From positions 384,001 to 448,000 of the forward strand of contig CAWCKH010000004.1 of the NCBI GenBank assembly GCA_963796055.1: a DNA stretch of 64,000 nucleotides, given 5' to 3'. The notes beneath the pieces are model-generated. The model worked only from the letters and a program-made list of their open reading frames with translations. It ran no database searches and had not been told where the DNA came from. Shown here piece after piece: positions 57,799 to 64,000 of this stretch. This stretch comes from an uncultured delta proteobacterium. GTDB taxonomy: Bacteria > Myxococcota > Myxococcia > Myxococcales > Myxococcaceae. Each line of letters begins with the position of its first letter. Within the stretch, counting starts at the first letter, position 1. The translations under genes were made by a program, and so were the position numbers.

Positions 57799-58245
57799 AT
57801 GCGAATCCTTCACCAGCTCACCGCCATCGCCGCGCTGTCGGTCTGCCTCGGCTGGACCGACGCTCGGCAACCCACGAGGACCGACCCCATGAATCGCTTC
57901 GATGCACTCTTCGACGACCATCCCGATGCCCAGGTGCTGGTCGACCGCTTCGTCGTTCCGCTCGCCGCGCGGGGCGAGCTCGAGGCGGCCATGCGCCGGA
58001 ACACCACCTTCCTCGCGACCCTGCCAGGATTCCTCGGCCATCTCGTCCTGGAGCGGGACCGGGACGCGACCCACCGAGAGCTGATCACGGTGGTCGCCTG
58101 GCGGGACGCCCCCTCGATCGAGCATGCGCGCCAGGAGGTCCGTGCCTACTACCAGCAGATCGGCTTCGACATGCCGGCGGCGTTGGGCCGCTGGGGGGTG
58201 ACGCTCGAACGAGGCACCTACTCCGCGCCGCGGTCGGAGCGCTGA
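57799..58245 (+). CDS. Antibiotic-biosynthesis-monooxygenase (ABM)-like protein
   Basis: VDRFVVP, FL.TLPGF, ITVVAW.D; divergent from the AraC gene. Confidence 0.75.
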   Translation: MRILHQLTAIAALSVCLGWTDARQPTRTDPMNRFDALFDDHPDAQVLVDRFVVPLAARGELEAAMRRNTTFLATLPGFLGHLVLERDRDATHRELITVVAWRDAPSIEHARQEVRAYYQQIGFDMPAALGRWGVTLERGTYSAPRSER

Positions 58246-58336
58246 GTCGCCGGCAGGCGAAGGTCTTCTTCCTCAAGCTGTTCGGGGTCTACCGCGCCTG
58301 GGTGTATCCCTCCCCTTCCCGGGCCCGCTCGAGTCG

Positions 58337-58560
58337 GTGGCGAAGATGAGCGTGCTCGGCCTGGCCGGACCGTGCCTGGTCCTCGGGGTCCAGGCGGCGA
58401 CGTACATCCTCGAGGCCAAGCAGGCGCTCGCCCGGGCCGAGGCACGCGCCGCATCGCTCGCGCTGCAGGCACAGCTCCAGCCCCACACCATCTTCAACGC
58501 CCTCAACGGGATCATCGCCCTGATCGGAACCGATCCGCGGGCGGCCGAGGCGGCCATGCC
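58337..58560 (+). pseudogene. Truncated LytS/YehU-type histidine kinase
   Basis: TM then LQAQLQPHTIFNALN.I..LI..DP..A (H-box). The rest of the kinase and the HATPase domain are absent. Confidence 0.75.
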
Positions 58561-58600
58561 CGTGCGACCGTTGCTCCTCATCCCGCTGGTTGCTCCGTGG

Positions 58601-59080
58601 CTACTTTGGCGCCGGGCCCGGCGGCCGCAGGTTGACCTCGCGGATGTACGAGGTGCCGATGAACTTTCGCATGGCCAGCCTTGGCCGGCTCAGTTCGCGC
58701 TGCTTGTCCTCGTCGGAGGTCTTGTAGTGCTTGGCGGCAATGGCCTTGAACTTGTCGTCGTCGCCCTTGTCGTAGTCCATCGCCTTGCCGAAGCTCGGAT
58801 ACAGGGAGCAGATCAACACGTCCCAGTCGGTGGGCTCCCGCGGCGTCTGCAGGAAGATCTTGGTGTCCAGCACCAACCCCTGCTTCTTCGCTTCCTGGGT
58901 GGTCGGAAGGAACTGACCGCGCAGCCACTTCATGTAGGCATCGAACTGGCCCGGCTCCGTCCGGTACGCCGAGCACTCCCAGACTGGCCCCTCGGTGTAG
59001 TGCTCCTGCGCCCTCGCGCTTCCTGCCGCGAGGAGAAGGACGCCGGTCACTGCGCTGGCAACGACCCGTACGACGTTCAT
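58601..59080 (-). CDS. Secreted hypothetical protein (possible dimeric alpha/beta-barrel)
   Basis: Signal peptide ending ARA-Q; GPVW....RT.PGQFD.YM..L...KKQGL. Confidence 0.75.
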   Translation of the reverse strand: MNVVRVVASAVTGVLLLAAGSARAQEHYTEGPVWECSAYRTEPGQFDAYMKWLRGQFLPTTQEAKKQGLVLDTKIFLQTPREPTDWDVLICSLYPSFGKAMDYDKGDDDKFKAIAAKHYKTSDEDKQRELSRPRLAMRKFIGTSYIREVNLRPPGPAPK

Positions 59081-59285
59081 CGAGCTCTCCCCTCCAGATG
59101 CCGGACATCGGTATCCGGCATGGTCCGCACCCAGTCCCGGAGCCGACCGGCGCTTTAGGGCCCCTGAACGGGCGGCGTTGACCTCATTTCGAGCCCATGG
59201 AGCCTCCGCTGGCACTACGCTCGCCGGCCGCCTGTGCTAGGTCCGCATCCTCTTCGGGGAGGGGTGCGTGCGAGCTGAAGCGGCG

Positions 59286-60674
59286 ATGCCGGTGAGCGCG
59301 GCGCCACCCGCGCGAGACGTCCTGGGGCACCCGCGCGGGCTCTGGTACCTCTGCTTCGCCGAGGCCTGGGAGCGCTTCTCCTACTACGGGATGAACGGGC
59401 TCCTGGTGCTCTACCTCACCCAATATCTCTTGTTCCCGGGGCACGTGGAGCAGGTCGCCGGCTTCACCGCGTTCAAGTCGGCGCTCGAGCTGGGATACGG
59501 GACGCTGGCGACACCGATCGCCCTCGCCGCCGCGATCACTGGCGTGTACACCAGCGGGATCTACATCACCCCGATCGTCGGTGGCTTCATCGCCGACCGA
59601 TGGCTCGGCCGCACCGCAACGGTGACGCTGGGCGCGTTGCTGATGGTCCTCGGACACTTCCTGATGGCCTTCGAGGTCTCCTTCGTCGTCGCCCTCCTCT
59701 GCCTCTTCGTCGGCGTGGGCTGCTTCAAGGGAAACATCGCCAGCCAGGTCGGCGAGCTCTACGGGCCGGCCGACCTGCGCCGCGCCGACGCCTACCAGGC
59801 CTTCATGCTGGGCATCCAGCTGGCGGTCATCGTTTCCCCGCTGGTGTGCGGCACGCTGGGGCAGAAGGTGGCGTGGCACTGGGGCTTCGGCGCGGCCGGG
59901 ATCGGCATGCTCCTGGGCCTGGTGGTTTATCTCTCCGGCCGGAGATACCTCCCGGCGGAGGCCCCGCGCGGGACGCGAGCCAGAGCCGAGCGCCCGAAGC
60001 TCGGGAGGAAGGAATGGGTGGCGATCATGGTGCTGATCGCAATGCTGCCCGCGCTTGCGCTGTGCACCATCGCCAACCAGGAGATCTTCAACGCCTACGA
60101 GGTGTGGGGCCACGCCCACTACGACCGCAACCTGTTCGGCTTCGACCTGCCGGTGACCTGGCTACTCTCGCTGGACGCGACGTTCTCCACCTTCACCATG
60201 GCCGGTACCTTGCTGTTCTGGCGCTGGTACAGCCGTCGCCGGAGAGAGCCGGACGAGATCATCAAGATCATCATCGGCGCGGTGATCGGCGCATGCGGGC
60301 CGTTGTTACTGGCGGCGGGCGCGGCGGAAGAAGCGGCGACCGGCCAGAAAGTCTCGCTGCTCTGGGGCCTGGCCTTCCACCTGGTCAACAACATCAGCTT
60401 CGCGATGATCTACCCCGTGGGGCTGGCGCTCTTCTCCCGCGCCTCGCCGAGGGGCATCGGGGGCATGATCATCGGCATCTACTATCTCCACCTCGCCATG
60501 GGGAACCTGGCCACCGGATATCTCGGCGGCCTGCTGGAGAAGATGAGCGGGTTCGCCTTCTGGCTGCTGCACTCCGGTCTGGTGGCGGTGGGAGCGGTGG
60601 CGATGATGCTGTTCGCGCTGCTGTTCCGGAAGATCCTCGCCCCCACCGTGGAACCGGCGCCGATCGCTCGCTGA
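59286..60674 (+). CDS. POT/PTR-family proton-dependent oligopeptide transporter
   Basis: GHPRGL..L.F.EAWERFSYYGM (ExxERFxYY), GG.IADRWLG, FKGN, WHWGF. Confidence 0.95.
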   Translation: MPVSAAPPARDVLGHPRGLWYLCFAEAWERFSYYGMNGLLVLYLTQYLLFPGHVEQVAGFTAFKSALELGYGTLATPIALAAAITGVYTSGIYITPIVGGFIADRWLGRTATVTLGALLMVLGHFLMAFEVSFVVALLCLFVGVGCFKGNIASQVGELYGPADLRRADAYQAFMLGIQLAVIVSPLVCGTLGQKVAWHWGFGAAGIGMLLGLVVYLSGRRYLPAEAPRGTRARAERPKLGRKEWVAIMVLIAMLPALALCTIANQEIFNAYEVWGHAHYDRNLFGFDLPVTWLLSLDATFSTFTMAGTLLFWRWYSRRRREPDEIIKIIIGAVIGACGPLLLAAGAAEEAATGQKVSLLWGLAFHLVNNISFAMIYPVGLALFSRASPRGIGGMIIGIYYLHLAMGNLATGYLGGLLEKMSGFAFWLLHSGLVAVGAVAMMLFALLFRKILAPTVEPAPIAR

Positions 60675-60735
60675 CGGCAGGCCTCACGCACGGCGGCCTG
60701 CCACCTTCGGGACCCAGCGCGAGAGACGTCCACCG

Positions 60736-61167
60736 CTACTTCTGGAGGGTGGCCTTCACCGACATCGGGATCTTCAACGCTGCCGAGATGGGGCAGCCGT
60801 TCTTCGCGCCCTCGGCGGCCGTCTCGAACCCCGACGCGTCGATGCCGGGCACCCACCCCTTCACCTCGAGCGCCGACGACTTGACCTCGAACCCGCCTCC
60901 CGCCTTCGGCCCGAACTCGACCACCGCGCTGGTCTCCAGCCGCGTGGCCGGGTGACCTCCCTGCGCCAGGGCGTGCGAGAGGGCCATGGAGAAGCAGCTG
61001 GCGTGTGCCGCGGCCAGCAGCTCCTCCGGGGTTGTCGACCGCGCCGCTCCCTCGGTCCGCGCCTTCCAGCTCAGGTTCGCTCCCTGGAAAGTCCCGCTCG
61101 CGGCGCTGACCTTCCCCTGGCCGCCCATCAGATCGCCTTGCCACTCCGCGGTCGCCTTGCTCTGCAT
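60736..61167 (-). CDS. osmC: OsmC-family peroxiredoxin
   Basis: A.W.GDL..G.G, TTPEELLAAAHASCFSMAL, AK.GCPIS.AL; GGAGG RBS. Confidence 0.92.
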   Translation of the reverse strand: MQSKATAEWQGDLMGGQGKVSAASGTFQGANLSWKARTEGAARSTTPEELLAAAHASCFSMALSHALAQGGHPATRLETSAVVEFGPKAGGGFEVKSSALEVKGWVPGIDASGFETAAEGAKNGCPISAALKIPMSVKATLQK

Positions 61168-61246
61168 GGCACACCTCCCTCCTGCGCTTTCTGCCGCGGG
61201 CCGAGGTCCGGCGCAACCCGGAGTGGCGGCCACGCCGCGCCGCGGC

Positions 61247-61648
61247 TCAGAGCGCCGGGCGTGGCTGGGCGACGGCGGCCCGGCTCCGCTGCACGGCCTT
61301 GACACCCAGGGTGATGAACACTGCCAGCAACCCGAGCTGGGCGATGCCGAAGGGTGGCTCGGACTGGGTGGGGGCCAGGGCATGCAGCGCGGGGACCTTG
61401 GCGAAGAGCTGGGCCACGAGCACGAACACGTTCAACCACAGGGCAACCAGCGCGCCGATGACGAAGACCTGCGCCCACCGGCCCTGCATCGCGCGCCCGT
61501 GACGGGCCCAGAGCACCACGGCGAGAACGACCAGCCAGCCCGGGAGGTCCTGCCCTCGCAGCGTGGCGGCGAGCCAGACGAATCCGGAAGCAATGCCCAC
61601 CAGGCTGATTGCCGTGTGGATCGCCGTCAACAGGGTCAGTCCGCTCAT
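61247..61648 (-). CDS. Hypothetical membrane protein, possibly carrying an in-frame internal deletion
   Basis: HTAISLVGI.SG, then LNVFVLVAQ.F.KVPAL.ALAPTQSEPPF..AQ. Appears shorter than relatives I recall. Confidence 0.65.
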   Translation of the reverse strand: MSGLTLLTAIHTAISLVGIASGFVWLAATLRGQDLPGWLVVLAVVLWARHGRAMQGRWAQVFVIGALVALWLNVFVLVAQLFAKVPALHALAPTQSEPPFGIAQLGLLAVFITLGVKAVQRSRAAVAQPRPAL

Positions 61649-61722
61649 CGCCACCTCCGGTGCCGGGTCTTCCGCTCTCTATGCGGCCCCGGTCAGAGAT
61701 GCGAGCGCGGACACCAGCGACC

Positions 61723-61739
61723 ATTCACTCGAAGTGAAT
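61723..61739. promoter_or_regulatory. AT-rich palindrome ATTCACT-CGA-AGTGAAT; candidate operator
   Basis: 7-3-7 perfect inverted repeat containing T-N11-A, about 75 nt upstream of the 61648 start. Confidence 0.4.
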
Positions 61740-61751
61740 CGAGGCGTGGGG

Positions 61752-62531
61752 TCACTTGCCGGGTGCGTTCATCGCCGCGGCGATGGAGCGCACCAGCGCG
61801 CGCGGGCCGAGGCGAACGCTGAACGCCATCGCCTTGTTCGTCCACCCGTGAACGACGAACGGCGTTCCCCGGAGCATGGCGCGATATGCCTCCCTCGCCA
61901 CCGCCTCCGACGACATGACGCCGGAGCGAAACAGCCGGGTTCTTCCGCTCCCCGCCACCGACGCGAACTCGGTCGCGGTGGCCCCGGGGAGGCTTGCCGT
62001 GGCCGTCACCCCGGAGCCCTTCAGCTCGTGGGACAGGGCCTCGGTGAACGAGTTCACGAACGCCTTGGTGGCGTAATAGACGGCTCCGTACGGCCCGGGC
62101 TGGAGACCGGCGGTCGAGCCGATGTTCAGCACCCGGCCGCGCCGCCGGGCCAGCATGGGCGGAAGAAAGGCGTGGGTGAGCCGGACCAGCGCCCGGACAT
62201 TGACGTCCACCATCACCAGCTGCGTCGCCAGGTCGCTCGTGGCGAACGGGCCGACGTTGCCCAGCCCGGCGTTGTTGACCAGGTACTCGATCTCCATCCT
62301 CTGGCGCTGCACCTCGGCGATGACCCGCTCCACGTCGTCGGGGACCGCCAGGTCGGCGGCGATGACCTGGACCGACACCTTCCCCGCCGCGCGCAGCTCG
62401 GTGGCCAGCGCCTCCAGCCGCTCCCGGCGTCGCGCCACCAGGACGAGATCGACGCCATCGGCGGCGAAAAGCCGCGCGAACTCTTCACCCAGTCCTGAAG
62501 ACGCCCCGGTCACCAGCGCAGTCGTGCCCAT
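61752..62531 (-). CDS. Short-chain dehydrogenase/reductase (DltE-like)
   Basis: TGASSGLG, LVARR, NNAG, YYATK, PGATATEF. Confidence 0.93.
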   Translation of the reverse strand: MGTTALVTGASSGLGEEFARLFAADGVDLVLVARRRERLEALATELRAAGKVSVQVIAADLAVPDDVERVIAEVQRQRMEIEYLVNNAGLGNVGPFATSDLATQLVMVDVNVRALVRLTHAFLPPMLARRRGRVLNIGSTAGLQPGPYGAVYYATKAFVNSFTEALSHELKGSGVTATASLPGATATEFASVAGSGRTRLFRSGVMSSEAVAREAYRAMLRGTPFVVHGWTNKAMAFSVRLGPRALVRSIAAAMNAPGK

Positions 62532-62559
62532 GGAGTGAGGCCTAGCCGCTGGCGAGCCT

Positions 62560-62712
62560 TCACGTCCAGACGCGGAGAACCCGGTCGATGACCCACGCCA
62601 TCCCCGCGCGCGAGGAGACCGCGGACTGCAGGCCGAGGAGCGCCGGGCCGCGCACCAGGAGGTGGAGCAGCGGCTCACGGACGATGCGGGACCGACGTTC
62701 GCGGATCGACAT
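62560..62712 (-). pseudogene. 50-aa chimeric remnant: PPIase-like N-terminus fused to HupE/UreJ-like C-terminus
   Basis: MSIRERRSRIVREPLLHLLVRGPALLGLQSAVSSRAGMAWVIDRVLRVWT*; below the ORF-track length cut-off. Confidence 0.45.
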
Positions 62713-62802
62713 CGGGTCCGCATTGGTACCACGCCCCGCGGGCGGTTCGTCCGGACAAGAGGGCGCAGGTGGCGTAAGACCACTGCCCCCGACCAGCCCA
62801 GC

Positions 62803-63471
62803 ATGCCGGACACCATCGACCTTCCGCGCCCCTCCAGCTCCACTCTCCGCGCCTGGATCGATCTCTGGGCCGAGCAGCGCTTCCGACGCGAGCTGGTGCT
62901 CACCATGGCGGGGCTACCGCTGGTACTCGCCGTGATGGCCCGGTTCCTGAACTGGGTCGAGCGCCGGCCCGGAGTCGTGCTGCCCGATGCAGTGCTGGCC
63001 GTCATCCCCCCGCGCGACGTCACCTGGGTCACCTTCGCGCTCGTCTACGCCGGGATCCTCACCGCGGTGGCGGTGCTGCTGCCCTACCCGCGCCGGCTAT
63101 TGCTGGGGCTCCAGGCCTACACGGTGATGGTGCTGCTCCGCATGGCAGTGATGTCGGTGACGCCGCTCGACCCTCCCCCGGGCATGGTGCCGCTGCAGGA
63201 CCCCTTCGTACAGATTCTCGGGACTGGCCATGTCCTCACCAGGGACCTCTTCTTCTCCGGCCACACCTCGACGCTCTTCCTCCTGGCGCTGATGGCGCCG
63301 GGACGCGTGGCGCGGGCCTTCTTCCTCGCCTGCACCGCCGCGGTCGCAGCGTGCGTCCTCTGGCAACACGTGCACTACACGGTGGACGTGCTGGTCGCCC
63401 CCTTCTTCGCCTTTGCCAGCCGCGACCTCGCCCTGAGGCTCCACGGCGGAGCTCGCTCGTCGGTCCGCTGA
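62803..63471 (+). CDS. PAP2-related (PAP2_C / sphingomyelin-synthase-like) membrane phosphotransferase
   Basis: R.GVVLPD..L, R......TPLDPP, DLFFSGHT, H.HYTVDV. Confidence 0.82.
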   Translation: MPDTIDLPRPSSSTLRAWIDLWAEQRFRRELVLTMAGLPLVLAVMARFLNWVERRPGVVLPDAVLAVIPPRDVTWVTFALVYAGILTAVAVLLPYPRRLLLGLQAYTVMVLLRMAVMSVTPLDPPPGMVPLQDPFVQILGTGHVLTRDLFFSGHTSTLFLLALMAPGRVARAFFLACTAAVAACVLWQHVHYTVDVLVAPFFAFASRDLALRLHGGARSSVR

Positions 63472-63643
63472 GACGGTCATCAGGCGGAGCCGATCCATCG
63501 CATGATTCGCACTTGTTCCTCGGCCCGGGACACATCTCGGCCGGGAGAGCTCCCTTATCGTCGCGTTGCTTGCGTCGACAACGATGTGGACGCACCGTTT
63601 GCGGTGGGGCCCCATCCTTGACTCCAAAATCAGCCCGGATGCG

Positions 63644-63659
63644 GGGCACGTTCCATGCA
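63644..63659 (+). promoter_or_regulatory. Candidate sigma-54 promoter for the small gene at 63700
   Basis: GGGCACGTTCCATGCA has GG-N10-GC spacing with the GGCACG core, about 40 nt upstream of the ATG. Confidence 0.4.
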
Positions 63660-63699
63660 TTTCCGTAGGGGGCGCAGAACCAACCGCGGGAGCGACATC

Positions 63700-63924
63700 A
63701 TGAAGACCAAGGACATCAACCGGAAGATCGACGTGGTCGCAGCCAGGGCGAAGGCGCTGAACATCAAGGCCACCGACAAGCTGCACCTGGCGGTCGCCAG
63801 GGCCGGATACGCGCTCCAGGGGACCGCGGAGAAGCTGGCCGAGAGCGCGGAGGAGCTGGCGATCCGCGCACAGCACCTGGCGAAGCAGGTCACGCCCAAG
63901 CCGGTCCGCAAGCAGGTCCGCTAG
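63700..63924 (+). CDS. Small basic Ala/Lys-rich helical hypothetical protein (74 aa)
   Basis: GGGAG RBS, strong GC3 bias, amphipathic helix pattern. Confidence 0.65.
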   Translation: MKTKDINRKIDVVAARAKALNIKATDKLHLAVARAGYALQGTAEKLAESAEELAIRAQHLAKQVTPKPVRKQVR

Positions 63925-63946
63925 CTCCGGCTCCGGGCACCCGGGG

Positions 63947-64000
63947 CTACAGCTCCCGAGTCATGAACCGACTGAACGGATCCTCCCAGTAGTCACCGAA
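63947..64000 (-). CDS. 3' end of a probable GNAT acetyltransferase; truncated by window edge
   Basis: FGDYWEDPFSRFMTREL* resembles the C-terminus of YsnE-like GNATs. Confidence 0.55.
   Translation of the reverse strand, partial: FGDYWEDPFSRFMTREL

Noticed and set aside
58337..59158. Full 273-aa histidine kinase
   Set aside because: Kinase similarity ends at about 58,560; the rest is antisense to the secreted protein gene at 58601-59080.
18072..64000. Prophage, integron or defence island
   Set aside because: No integrase, transposase, phage structural or recognisable defence genes are present; genes are in mixed orientation with no repeated attC-like sites.

Overview
High-GC bacterial chromosome segment, most likely Myxococcota/Myxococcales. 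This is inferred from an FHA-domain sigma-54 activator, a DUF1592/DUF1552 pair, a stand-alone SWIB protein, a Cys-insert ferrochelatase and a sterol-reductase homologue. About 1-18,060 looks like conserved housekeeping backbone: Gld-like ABC transporter, TIGR01777, sua5/tsaC, hemH-apaG, terC-glgX-treY, SWIB, and an SDR/HAD-IB/LarA-like trio resembling the front of the myxobacterial ether-lipid (elb) cluster but without its large elbD gene. About 18,070-64,000 is a patchwork of accessory single genes: secreted peptidases, lipid-modifying membrane enzymes, transporters, a mycobacterial-type three-gene succinate dehydrogenase and a DUF1592/DUF1552 pair. It is interspersed with at least eight short gene remnants left by deletions and one frameshifted cNMP-thioredoxin reductase. 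I saw no rRNA, tRNA, CRISPR array, transposase, integrase or prophage gene, and no clearly demonstrable new multi-gene system. The best leads are the elbD-less cluster with a nickel-pincer-type LarA homologue, a Tat-signal PLP aldolase, a perfect sigma-54 promoter before an unannotated small exported protein plus DUF3187, and eukaryote-like lipid enzymes. Family assignments come from motif recognition and recall, not database searches.
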